Assembly: GCA_021154285.1 (NCBI GenBank)
Contig: JAJKIV010000421.1
Span: 1 to 54,486 of the forward strand
Length of the DNA stretch: 54,486 nucleotides
Reading direction: 5' to 3'
Origin: Gemmatimonas sp.
Lineage (GTDB): Bacteria > Gemmatimonadota > Gemmatimonadetes > Gemmatimonadales > Gemmatimonadaceae
This document shows positions 46,284 to 54,486 of the stretch, in pieces (the first letter of the stretch is position 1; each line of letters starts with the position of its first letter). The notes under the pieces were generated by a model. The model was not told the DNA's origin. It saw only the letters and a program-made list of their open reading frames with translations, and did no database searches. Made by a program: the position numbers and the translations under genes.

Positions 46284-47660
46284 ATGACGGCTCTGCTTCG
46301 CGCGACGGCGTTGCTGCAGGAACCGACCGGCTACAATCCGGCGCGGCTGTACTTCACGCTGGCGTTCATGTTCGTATTCGTTGGCGTGGCGGTCGCGTTC
46401 GTTCGGACTCGCTACCCGAAGCGGTTGATCGCGGACATCGCGAGCACGCTGGGCATCTTTATGCTCGTGATCGGTACGATCGTCTATACCGTCGCGTTCC
46501 GCGGCCTGCGCCCGGCCGAGGTGGTTCTCGCGTGGGTGTTGTCGCTGGGGGCCATCGCGTGGTTCGTCGTCAAGCTCAACGCCATCATGTCGCGCCCCCT
46601 GACACTGCTCGAGGATCTGGCGTCGGCCGTCCGGCGCGGCGATTGGGCGATGCTGTTGCGCGGCAACGACGGCGCCGCCGGCCAGGATGTCGGCGTAGCG
46701 CTGAGCGAAGTAGGTGCCTTGATCGGCGAAACGCGGAAGACCGCGTCCGAGGTGTTGGGCGCCTCGTCCGACGTGGCGCGAATCGGCGCGACGGTTGCGG
46801 ATGGAGCCGGCCGCATCGCGACGTCACTCGGCGGCGTGACCGGCGGCGTGAACCGCAGCATGGATGCTGCCCGCCAGATTCGTCAGGCCGCAACGCAGCT
46901 CGACGAGGCGGCCGCCGCGACCCACACGTCGGCGCGCGAGTCGCGCGAGATCTCGGCCAAGGTCGAGGCCAGTGCGCAGCTCGGCGTTAGGCGCGCCGCC
47001 GACGCCATGAAGTCGGTCACCGAGCTGGCCGAGCTGGCGCGCGACCTCGTGCAACGGATGGTGGCGCTCCGCACCGCCTCGGGCGACATCGGGGACGTCA
47101 CCACGGTGGTCGGCGACATCGGCCGTCAGACCAATCTCCTCGCGCTCAACGCGTCGATCGAGGCGGCGCGCGCCGGCGAGGCCGGCCGCGGCTTCGCCGT
47201 GGTTGCCGAAGAAGTGGGCAAGCTGGCGATGCAGAGTGGCGGCTCCGTGGGTCGGATCGAGGTTCTCGTCCGCGAGATGATCGATCGGATCGAGGACGCG
47301 TCAGGGCGGGTCGCGAGCATGGAATCCGCAGTGAAGCGTGGCGAGCAAGTCATGCAGGAGGCGGTTGGGGTATTTCATTCCATCGAGCAGGATGCCCGGC
47401 GGACACTGTCGTTGGCGGACGCTGTGCTGAGGGCATCCGAGCGTCAGGATCTGCTCGTCAGGCAGATGAACGATGCATCCACGCTGGTCGCGGACGCCGC
47501 CGATGCGTCGTCCGCGGCGACGGACGAAGCGGCCCGAGCGATGCAGCATCAACGGTCGCTCACGGAACAGCTGCGCGAAACGGCGTACGCGCTCGAGCGT
47601 TCGGCGGGATCTCTTGGGGAAGTCGTGGCGCGATTCGGCGCGGGAGGGGGTGGGGAATGA
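46284..47660 (+). CDS. methyl-accepting chemotaxis protein without periplasmic ligand-binding domain
   Basis: [30 protein letters not shown] is the conserved signalling hairpin. It has three N-terminal TM helices and a HAMP-like segment. The stop overlaps the ubiA start (ATGA). Confidence 0.85.
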   Translation: MTALLRATALLQEPTGYNPARLYFTLAFMFVFVGVAVAFVRTRYPKRLIADIASTLGIFMLVIGTIVYTVAFRGLRPAEVVLAWVLSLGAIAWFVVKLNAIMSRPLTLLEDLASAVRRGDWAMLLRGNDGAAGQDVGVALSEVGALIGETRKTASEVLGASSDVARIGATVADGAGRIATSLGGVTGGVNRSMDAARQIRQAATQLDEAAAATHTSARESREISAKVEASAQLGVRRAADAMKSVTELAELARDLVQRMVALRTASGDIGDVTTVVGDIGRQTNLLALNASIEAARAGEAGRGFAVVAEEVGKLAMQSGGSVGRIEVLVREMIDRIEDASGRVASMESAVKRGEQVMQEAVGVFHSIEQDARRTLSLADAVLRASERQDLLVRQMNDASTLVADAADASSAATDEAARAMQHQRSLTEQLRETAYALERSAGSLGEVVARFGAGGGGE

Positions 47661-48556
47661 CTCGACCACGGGAAGGGCAAACGTTCGACGGCGGCTCACG
47701 ACTCGTCCGCTACGTGAACTTCGTGAAGCTGCCGCACACGGTGTTCGCGCTCCCGTTCGCGCTGGTGGGTGCGACGCTGGCCAGCTACACGCACGGCGTG
47801 ACGCTCGCGACGCTCGGCTGGATCGTGCTCGCCTTCACGGCGGCGCGCTTCGCGGCGATGGGTTTCAACCGGATCGTGGATCGGCAGATCGACGCCCGAA
47901 ATCCGAGGACCGCGAAGCGCGAGCTTCCGGCCGGCCTCCTCGGAGTTCGAGAGGCGTCGCTCGCAGTGCTGGTTGCCTGTGTGGTGTTCGTGTTCGCTGC
48001 CTGGAAGCTCAATCCGCTGTGCGCGATGTTGAGTCCGATCGCGCTCGGCTGGGTGCTCTGGTACAGCTACACGAAGCGGTTCACGCACTGGTCGCACATC
48101 GTGCTCGGCGTGGGGCTCGCCATCGCGCCGGTCGGCGGGTACCTGGCGGTGTCCGGCGCGTGGAGCGTGCCATGGTGGATGTTGATCGCGCTGGCGGCCG
48201 GTGTCTCATCGTGGACGGCGGGCTTCGACATTCTGTACGCACTGCAGGACGAGGACTTCGATCGCGCGGAGCGGCTGCACTCGGTGCCCGTGGTGTTCGG
48301 ACGCCGGGGTGCCCTCGCGATCGCGCGCGGGCTTCACGTGCTGACGATCGTGTCGCTCGCCGCCGTGGGTGCCGCGGTGCCTGTAGGGTGGCTGTACGCC
48401 GCCGGTGTGGTCGTTGCCGCAGGGCTACTCCTGTACGAGCATTCGCTCGTGCGCGGCGATGACCTCTCCCGCCTGGATGCCGCGTTCTTCACCATGAACG
48501 GAGTCATCAGCCTAACGTTTTTCGGTTTCGTGCTCGCCGAGCGTCTGGTGCGATGA
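47657..48556 (+). CDS. ubiA: UbiA-family aromatic polyprenyltransferase (4-hydroxybenzoate or MqnP type)
   Basis: [15 protein letters not shown] (NxxxDxxxD) and a second Asp-rich motif YALQDEDFD. 8-9 TM helices. Confidence 0.85.
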   Translation: MTRPREGQTFDGGSRLVRYVNFVKLPHTVFALPFALVGATLASYTHGVTLATLGWIVLAFTAARFAAMGFNRIVDRQIDARNPRTAKRELPAGLLGVREASLAVLVACVVFVFAAWKLNPLCAMLSPIALGWVLWYSYTKRFTHWSHIVLGVGLAIAPVGGYLAVSGAWSVPWWMLIALAAGVSSWTAGFDILYALQDEDFDRAERLHSVPVVFGRRGALAIARGLHVLTIVSLAAVGAAVPVGWLYAAGVVVAAGLLLYEHSLVRGDDLSRLDAAFFTMNGVISLTFFGFVLAERLVR

Positions 48557-49164
48557 GCACGGCCGCCGAGCGGCCCATCGTCATGGCGGTGACCGGCGCC
48601 TCGGGTGCGCCGTACGCCGTGCGATTGCTCGAGACGTTGATCGAGCGAGAACAGCGGGTATCGCTGATCGTCTCCGACCACGGCCTGAGGTTGCTCGACA
48701 CGGAGCTGGGTATCGCATCGGTTGCGGCGCTGCGTGATCACGTTGGTGGCGCGCGATGGGATAAGACGGTTCGCGTCTTCGATGATCGTGATCGCGGGGC
48801 CGCTCCGGCCTCGGGATCGGCGTTGTCGGCGGGCATGGTGATCTGCCCGTGTTCCATGGGGACCCTGTCGGCCATTGCGGCTGGATCGTCGCGATCGCTC
48901 GTCGAGCGTGCCGCCGATGTCGCGCTCAAGGAAAGGCGGCGGCTGGTTCTGGTTCCGAGAGAGACGCCGTACAGCGCCATTCATCTCGAGAACATGCTCG
49001 CGCTCACGCGAGCGGGTGCGGTGGTGCTTCCCGCGTCGCCTGGGTTTTACCACAGGCCGGACACCATCGACGACCTCGTGAATTTCGTGGTCGCGCGCGT
49101 GCTCGATCATCTTGGCGTGGAGCACTCGCTTGTGCCGCGATGGGGGAGCGGGCCCGGCGAGTAA
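48553..49164 (+). CDS. ubiX: flavin prenyltransferase (prFMN synthase)
   Basis: Carries MAVTGASGAPYAVRLLE and ICPCSMGTLSAIA. ATGA overlap with ubiA. Confidence 0.9.
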   Translation: MSTAAERPIVMAVTGASGAPYAVRLLETLIEREQRVSLIVSDHGLRLLDTELGIASVAALRDHVGGARWDKTVRVFDDRDRGAAPASGSALSAGMVICPCSMGTLSAIAAGSSRSLVERAADVALKERRRLVLVPRETPYSAIHLENMLALTRAGAVVLPASPGFYHRPDTIDDLVNFVVARVLDHLGVEHSLVPRWGSGPGE

Positions 49165-49181
49165 CCGCCCCGCGAACATCC

Positions 49182-49652
49182 ATGCGAGTCATTGGCGTCA
49201 TTTCGGACACGCATGGGCTATTACGCCCTGACGTGCACTCGGCCCTGGCTGGCGTCGACCTCATTCTGCACGCTGGAGATGTCGGCGGAGACGAGATCCT
49301 GACGGAGCTCGAGCTCATCGCGCCGGTACGCGCGGTGTATGGAAACACCGATGCGCCGGGTCAGCCGGGACTCGCGCCGGCGATCGACATAGCGGTCGAC
49401 GGCGTTTCGATCCACGTGAGCCACGGTCACGAGGTTGGCTTGCCAACTCCGGAAAAGCTGCTGGAGCGCTACGCGGCCGACGTCGTCGTGTACGGGCACA
49501 CGCATCGACCGTTGATCGCGCGGGCGTCCAACCGCCTGGTGCTGAATCCGGGCGCGGCCGGCCCTCGGCGGTTCGACATCGTGCCGAGCGTGGCGAGGTT
49601 GACCATCGCTGATGGTTGCGCCGAGGCGGAATTAATCGGGCTGCGCGCCTAA
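49182..49652 (+). CDS. YfcE/MJ0936-family metallophosphoesterase
   Basis: Carries ISDTHG, AGDV, GNTD, SHGH and GHTH. 156 aa. Confidence 0.85.
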   Translation: MRVIGVISDTHGLLRPDVHSALAGVDLILHAGDVGGDEILTELELIAPVRAVYGNTDAPGQPGLAPAIDIAVDGVSIHVSHGHEVGLPTPEKLLERYAADVVVYGHTHRPLIARASNRLVLNPGAAGPRRFDIVPSVARLTIADGCAEAELIGLRA

Positions 49653-49660
49653 CGCCGTTC

Positions 49661-49779
49661 GACCGATGACCAATAACCGACGACTCAAAACCGATAACTC
49701 ATGACTCGCGCGACGTCGCGACCGACCGTCACCAGTCATAAGTTCTTCGTTACGGGTCGTTAGTTCTTGTTTATCAGTT
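49661..49779. repeat. ~120-nt hairpin repeat element F (homologous to element C at 15849-15968)
   Basis: It starts GACCGATGAC like element C. About 34 of the first 48 nt are identical to C without gaps. It shares the 14-mer GTCGTTAGTTCTTG (49756-49769 versus 15924-15937). The central 12-bp palindrome CGCGACGTCGCG lies at 49707-49718. Confidence 0.85.
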
Positions 49780-49793
49780 TTCCTTACACGAGT

Positions 49794-50012
49794 TTAGACG
49801 ACTTTGAAGTGTGACGCGGGGTAGAGGTAGTCTTCCCCGGAGTTGTCGACGATGCGGTAGAAGGACCCACCGCCCTCGACGCCAAGCATCTCGTAGATGC
49901 GGCCGAGCGTAAGATCGTGACAGCCACCAGGTTCGTCGCAGCCGGGATACGTCAGCCACGGCCGCACGCTGATGCACTGGACGAGGGTCGTCGCTTGCCA
50001 AGAGGTCGTCAT
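49794..50012 (-). CDS. hypothetical small protein (72 aa)
   Basis: Intact ORF with coding-like third-position GC. The C-terminal YRIVDNSGEDYLYPASHF looks globular. I recognise no family. Confidence 0.4.
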   Translation of the reverse strand: MTTSWQATTLVQCISVRPWLTYPGCDEPGGCHDLTLGRIYEMLGVEGGGSFYRIVDNSGEDYLYPASHFKVV

Positions 50013-50147
50013 CGCTTGCTCCCGGGGCTATAGGCCGTGGCGCTCCAGCGCCACGGCGCGCCTCTAGCTAAATGTGCAATTCGCCGGCCACCCTCCCTCT
50101 GACGACCGGCGACAGGATTCAGTTGCGTGTGATGCGTGTTACACCGG

Positions 50148-51254
50148 CTACGAACGAACGGCGCTGCGTGTGTTGTCGAGCTCGGCCGGATTGCGACGGA
50201 ACCACGACGACAGCAGCAACAGCTCATCGATCTCGTGCGTCGGAACCGACGCCGTCTGCCGCTCGGGCGGCGAATAGACCGACTGGACCAGCTCGTTCAG
50301 CGACCGTCGATCTCGGGACGTTCGCGGGGCAGGGACTTCTGCCCGCACGCGCCCCCGACGAATGAGATACAACCGATCGTCGCCTTCGTGTCCTCGTACC
50401 GTGTAAAGAAATGACAAAGTTTCGACGGCGAACCGCAGGCGACCGAACTGCTCGCGAAGCTCTTCCAGCCGGTGAAGCTTGTCTCGAAGCGACGCGGCCC
50501 GCTCGAACTCCATGCGGTCGCTCGCTGACTGCATGTCTCCACGCAGCCGTTCGATCGGCCCATCATCGGCCCCTTCGAGAAACGCGCGCGCCATTGATAC
50601 GCGCTCGGCGTACGCGTTCACCGTGCACGCGCCAACGCACGGCCCGAGACACTTCCTGACTTCGTGGCGAATACAGCCAGGGGTCCGCACCGGCGCTCCG
50701 AACAGATCCCCCTGATCCGCAAAGTACATCTTCTGATCGAGCGAACAATCGCGGAGGCCAAGCGCGTCACTCAATTCACGCACAGCTTCGCCGATTCGCT
50801 GCGCTCCGAGGAACGGCCCGTAGTAAACACCGCCGTCTTCGCTGCCGGCGCCGCGAACGACCAGGAGCTTCGGCGCGGCACCGCGACTGAGCTTGATGAA
50901 CGCGTAGTGACGCGCATCACGCTTCATCGCCACGTTGAACCGGGGCCGCAGCCGCTTGATGAGCCTCAACTCGGTCAGCAGCGCGGCGAACTCGCTCGGC
51001 GTGTACTCCCAGTCGATCGATGTCGCCTCGCGCAGAATACGCGCGCCCTTGTCCTCTGGGTAGGCGCAGCGGAAGTAGCTCAGGAGCCGCGTCCGAACTT
51101 TCTTCGACTTGCCGACATAAACTACCTCGCCGTCCGGGGACAGCATTCGATAGACACCAGGCCGGTCCAGCGCGCCCTCACGGACCACTCCACGCATTCG
51201 CATGATGTCTTCGTCCGAGGTTGGCGCTCGGCGCGACGTTCTCAGCGCTGACAT
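50148..51254 (-). CDS. UvrC-homologous GIY-YIG nuclease (Cho-like; lacks the UvrC C-terminal endonuclease/HhH half)
   Basis: GVYRMLSPDGEVVYVGKSKKVRTRLLSYF (GIY-YIG), a UvrC-like middle region and a UVR-like helix (FERAASLRDKLHRLEEL). At 368 aa it is far shorter than UvrC. Confidence 0.7.
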   Translation of the reverse strand: MSALRTSRRAPTSDEDIMRMRGVVREGALDRPGVYRMLSPDGEVVYVGKSKKVRTRLLSYFRCAYPEDKGARILREATSIDWEYTPSEFAALLTELRLIKRLRPRFNVAMKRDARHYAFIKLSRGAAPKLLVVRGAGSEDGGVYYGPFLGAQRIGEAVRELSDALGLRDCSLDQKMYFADQGDLFGAPVRTPGCIRHEVRKCLGPCVGACTVNAYAERVSMARAFLEGADDGPIERLRGDMQSASDRMEFERAASLRDKLHRLEELREQFGRLRFAVETLSFLYTVRGHEGDDRLYLIRRGRVRAEVPAPRTSRDRRSLNELVQSVYSPPERQTASVPTHEIDELLLLSSWFRRNPAELDNTRSAVRS

Positions 51255-52069
51255 TGCCAGCAGAACACGGTGGAGCGGCCGTCGATGGCGTGTGTGGCGA
51301 CGAGCGTGCGTCCGCAGCGCTGGCAGCGCTCGCCTCCGCGACCATACGCCTGCAGGCGTTCCGCGAACGACCCTCGCGCTCCGGAGGCATCACGATAATC
51401 GCGGAAGCTCGTACCGCGCGCGGCCACGGCCTCGGTCAGCACGCCACGCAGCTCGGCGTGCAGACGCGCCGCTTCGGCCGGCGATAAGGCCGCTGCCGGC
51501 CGCGAAGGATCTATCCCGGATCGCCAGAGCGCTTCGTTCGCGTAGATGTTGCCCACTCCAACGAGTCGACGTTGGTCCATCAACACCCGCTTGACTGCCT
51601 GTCGCGAAGCCCGAAGAATGGCCGATAGTCGTTCGACGGTAAAGACCGGGTCCAACGGCTCGTCACCGAGGCCTCCCGAGTAGCGAGCGAATCGCTGCTC
51701 GTCCATCACGCTCACGGTGCCCAGCCGACGAATATCGCGGTAGTGGAGGGAGCGCTCGCGGTCGAGGACGAACTCGATGGTCGAGTAACGTCGCTCGGTC
51801 TCCGGAAGCGAACCATCGTCAATGAGCAGCGCGCCGGTGAACCGCGGCTGCACGACGATCCGATCGCTCGACGACAGATCGAGCACGATCAGCTTTGCGC
51901 GACGCCACGCGTGGTCGATGACGGAGCCCACGACGCGGCGCCGCAGCTGACGAGCGTCAACCTCGCGCAGCACATCGCCCCGCCTGACCCTAACGTCGGT
52001 GATCCTGCTGCCAGCGATCGCGCGGTCGAGGTCGCGCGCGATCGTCTCGGTCTCAGGTAGCTCGGGCAC
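51242..52069 (-). CDS. mutM: formamidopyrimidine-DNA glycosylase
   Basis: MPELPETE N-terminus (catalytic Pro2/Glu3), H2TH domain, and the C-terminal zinc finger CQRCG...CWQCQ. Confidence 0.9.
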   Translation of the reverse strand: MPELPETETIARDLDRAIAGSRITDVRVRRGDVLREVDARQLRRRVVGSVIDHAWRRAKLIVLDLSSSDRIVVQPRFTGALLIDDGSLPETERRYSTIEFVLDRERSLHYRDIRRLGTVSVMDEQRFARYSGGLGDEPLDPVFTVERLSAILRASRQAVKRVLMDQRRLVGVGNIYANEALWRSGIDPSRPAAALSPAEAARLHAELRGVLTEAVAARGTSFRDYRDASGARGSFAERLQAYGRGGERCQRCGRTLVATHAIDGRSTVFCWQCQR

Positions 52070-53339
52070 GCCGTGCCGATTCGCGCCATCCGACGTCGGC
52101 GCGATACTGCTTGCCCTGAAACTCGACGCCCGCGGCGTAGTCCGCGCTGGCGCGCTGAGCCTCGTCGAACGACGCCGCCACGGCGGTCACCGCGAGCACT
52201 CGTCCACCGGCTGTCACGAGCGATCCGTCCGGTTTGCGCGCCGTCCCCGCGTGAAACGCGATGACGCGATCATCGGGCTCGGGCAACGCGATCGTATCCC
52301 CCGTGACGGGCGACTCGGGGTAACCACGCGCGGCGAGGACCGTGGTGACGGCGAACGAGGGCTCCCACTCGAACGGCCGAATGGCGCCGAGGCCGTTGCC
52401 CGAAGCAACCGCCATGAACGCGTCGAGCAACGAGCTCCGCATGAGTGGGAGGATCGCCTGCGTTTCGGGGTCACCGAACCGACAGTTGAACTCCACCACC
52501 TTCGCTCCCTCGTCGGTCAGCATGAGGCCAGCGTAGAGGAGGCCGCTGAACGGGCACCCGCGCTCGCGAAGCGCGCCGAGCATGGGCGCGATGATTCGCG
52601 TAGCGGCTTCCCTAACGATGGACGCGGTTCCAATCGCCACCGGTGCGTATGCGCCCATCCCTCCGGTGTTGGGGCCCGCGTCACCAGCAAAGAGACGCTT
52701 GTGGTCCTGCACCGGCAGCATCGTTAGGAAGTGCTCGCCGTCGGTCACGGCGAACAGCGAGAGCTCCTCGCCGTGCATGAACTCCTCGACGAGCACCTCG
52801 CTTCCCGCCTCACCAAGCGCGCCGTCGCGCAGCATGCGGTCGATGGCGGCGTGCGCCTCGGCGACGGTCTCGCAGACCACGACGCCCTTTCCGGCGGCGA
52901 GTCCCGTCGCCTTGATCACGACCGGCGCCCCGAGCTCCGCGACCGCGTGGCGAGCCGACTCGACGTCGGTGTGGTGGGAGGCTCGCGCCGTCGGCACGCC
53001 CGCGGCGACCATGACTTCCTTGGCGAATCGCTTGGACGTCTCGATTCCGGCAGCGGCAGCGGATGGCCCGAAGGTTGGGATGCCACGCGCCCTGAGCGCG
53101 TCGGCTACACCTGCCGCGAGCGGCGCCTCGGGTCCCACCACGACCAGATCTACTCGTTCGGCGGCCGCGAGCTCCACTACGCGCCCGACATCCGTCGCCG
53201 ACACTGCGACACAACGCGCAAGCTCCCCGATGCCCGGGTTGCCCGGAGCAGCGAGGAGCTCGAGAGTTGGATCATCGCGTTTGAGCTTCCACGCGAGGGC
53301 GTGTTCTCGTCCGCCCCCGCCGAGGATCAGTGCTCTCAC
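52053..53339 (-). CDS. purD: phosphoribosylamine--glycine ligase
   Basis: MRALILGGGGREHALAWKL and ATP-grasp motifs. 428 aa. Confidence 0.92.
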   Translation of the reverse strand: MRALILGGGGREHALAWKLKRDDPTLELLAAPGNPGIGELARCVAVSATDVGRVVELAAAERVDLVVVGPEAPLAAGVADALRARGIPTFGPSAAAAGIETSKRFAKEVMVAAGVPTARASHHTDVESARHAVAELGAPVVIKATGLAAGKGVVVCETVAEAHAAIDRMLRDGALGEAGSEVLVEEFMHGEELSLFAVTDGEHFLTMLPVQDHKRLFAGDAGPNTGGMGAYAPVAIGTASIVREAATRIIAPMLGALRERGCPFSGLLYAGLMLTDEGAKVVEFNCRFGDPETQAILPLMRSSLLDAFMAVASGNGLGAIRPFEWEPSFAVTTVLAARGYPESPVTGDTIALPEPDDRVIAFHAGTARKPDGSLVTAGGRVLAVTAVAASFDEAQRASADYAAGVEFQGKQYRADVGWRESARRARAT

Positions 53340-54310
53340 GAGTCGGACGTCTTGAATGCGTTGTTGAAGGCGTCGCGTGCGCGGGCGAGCACATCACCAA
53401 CCTGCGTGAACGCTTCGCGCGCCTGGTTCCCGTAGTATCCGGCGGCGTCGACGTAGTCCTCGCTGAGCGGCTGCCCGGGGTCGCCGCGACGCGGGTACTC
53501 GCCGTTGAGGATCGCGTCGTATTTCCCGCTACGCACCCATCGCTGCAGCTCGGCGGCGCGAACGGTGCCGAACGGGTGGGTCTTGAAGGCCGTGTTGATG
53601 ACCTGGAAGACGCGATCGGCGAGGTCGCCCTGCGTCTCGTAGGTCTCGGCCTGCTCCATGAATGCCTCGAGGCTGATCTCGTCGTCGCCAGCGGCGCCGC
53701 CTGCCATCTTGAGGAACGTGCGAAGCGACACGTCGAGATCCTGCGTGGCGAGCAGGCCGGCACGGTCCGCCGACAACTCGGCCTTTCGGTACCACTCGAG
53801 GAGCGCGAGCTGGAACGGCAGAAGGGCCATGCCTGCCAAGAATGGCAGATTGCGCAGACCCACCGTGAGGATGATGATCGCGATCGTCGTGTAGGTCGTG
53901 TGGCCGCTCATGATATGCCCGAGCTCGTGGCCTAGGATGTCACGGCGCTCCTCCTTCTCGAGCAGCGAGATCGTCGCGGAGTTCAGGACAATGAACGGCT
54001 TGTCGAATCCCACCGCGGCCGCGTTGACGAACGGCGTCTGCGAGACGTACAGGTCGGGGCGTTCGGGCCAGTCGAGCGTCTCCAGAACTTCGCCGTACAA
54101 CGAGTTGAGCGCGGGCCGTTGCTTTGGGCCGACCAAGACCGCGTTGGCGAGGAAGAGCTGACGCACGCCCTTCTCGCCGAAGAAGCCGGCGATCTTTCGG
54201 ACGACCTCATCGAATCCCGGGATGGCGCGAAGGCTGTTGAGCGCCGCGCGATCGGCCGGGTGCTCCCAGGCTGTCGAAGCGATCTGTGTGAGGACTTTGC
54301 GGTCAGCCAT
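53336..54310 (-). CDS. M48-family zinc metallopeptidase
   Basis: HELGHIMSGH (HExxH) followed by TM helices and a distal Glu. ATGA-type 4-nt overlap with purD. Confidence 0.85.
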   Translation of the reverse strand: MADRKVLTQIASTAWEHPADRAALNSLRAIPGFDEVVRKIAGFFGEKGVRQLFLANAVLVGPKQRPALNSLYGEVLETLDWPERPDLYVSQTPFVNAAAVGFDKPFIVLNSATISLLEKEERRDILGHELGHIMSGHTTYTTIAIIILTVGLRNLPFLAGMALLPFQLALLEWYRKAELSADRAGLLATQDLDVSLRTFLKMAGGAAGDDEISLEAFMEQAETYETQGDLADRVFQVINTAFKTHPFGTVRAAELQRWVRSGKYDAILNGEYPRRGDPGQPLSEDYVDAAGYYGNQAREAFTQVGDVLARARDAFNNAFKTSDS

Positions 54311-54316
54311 GTCTTT

Positions 54317-54344
54317 GGGGACTGGGGACTGGGGACTGGGGACT
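54317..54344. repeat. perfect tandem repeat (GGGGACT)x4, a canonical G-quadruplex motif, 6 nt upstream of the M48 peptidase start codon
   Basis: Read directly: four identical 7-mers at 54317, 54324, 54331 and 54338. A degenerate complementary arm (GAGTCC...GTCCGTCCC) lies at 54391-54414. Confidence 0.9.
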
Positions 54345-54486
54345 CATCGTACGGCTTTCGAGCCGAGCGACACTCTTTCGCCTACGAGACGAGTCCGCCC
54401 GAAGTGTCCGTCCCATCAAACTATCCGTCGGCACAATAGGCAGCCAGGAAACCAGCGGCTGCGGTCAATAGGAACCCGTTCTACAA

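Noticed and set aside
54317-54344. Considered whether the short tandem and inverted repeats (here and at 9495, 13691, 21301, 33033) are a CRISPR array
   Set aside because: The units are only ~7 nt with no unique spacers, the arrays are tiny (3-4 units) and dispersed, and no cas genes are present.

Overview
This is a 54.5 kb, high-GC (roughly two-thirds GC by eye), densely coding chromosomal segment from a diderm bacterium. The phylum cannot be fixed from sequence alone; the gene content and weak Shine-Dalgarno usage fit a Gemmatimonadota- or Acidobacteriota-like organism. I support about 55 CDS, almost all housekeeping or envelope genes. They form these groups: (1) cstA, an S9 peptidase, a ybdD-like gene and a hydrolase; (2) NAD-IDH; (3) gcdH, an lpxR-like gene, etfBA and an EtfD-like Fe-S oxidoreductase; (4) a molybdenum-cofactor block (fdhD-mobA-mobB-dacB-moeA); (5) gpmI; (6) a peptidoglycan 3-3 cross-link block (SH3b protein, pseudo-LD-transpeptidase, LD-transpeptidase, two M15A peptidases); (7) guaB and an APC permease; (8) nrnA-nfu-apbC; (9) a MATE transporter; (10) an ECF sigma / anti-sigma / beta-helix membrane protein / toast-rack / YihY block; (11) a ubiE-ubiD-MCP-ubiA-ubiX quinone operon; and (12) M48-purD-mutM-cho-like. 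I see no rRNA, tRNA, CRISPR, transposase, integrase, prophage or recognisable defence island. The unusual signals are at the DNA level. First, the AT-cored octamer GCCTAACG/CGTTAGGC recurs about once per 1.5 kb, in both orientations and all reading frames, and forces rare codons. Second, there is a family of intergenic hairpin elements built from roughly 7-nt G-rich units (GGGACTC, GGGAACC, GGCGACT, GGGGACT). These include two homologous ~120-nt copies, one perfect (GGGGACT)x4 G-quadruplex motif and one copy absorbed into a coding tail. Several of them end in a CGTTAGT box related to the octamer. The many long Arg/Ala-rich ORFs in the track that overlap these genes are GC-driven shadow ORFs and are not reported as features.
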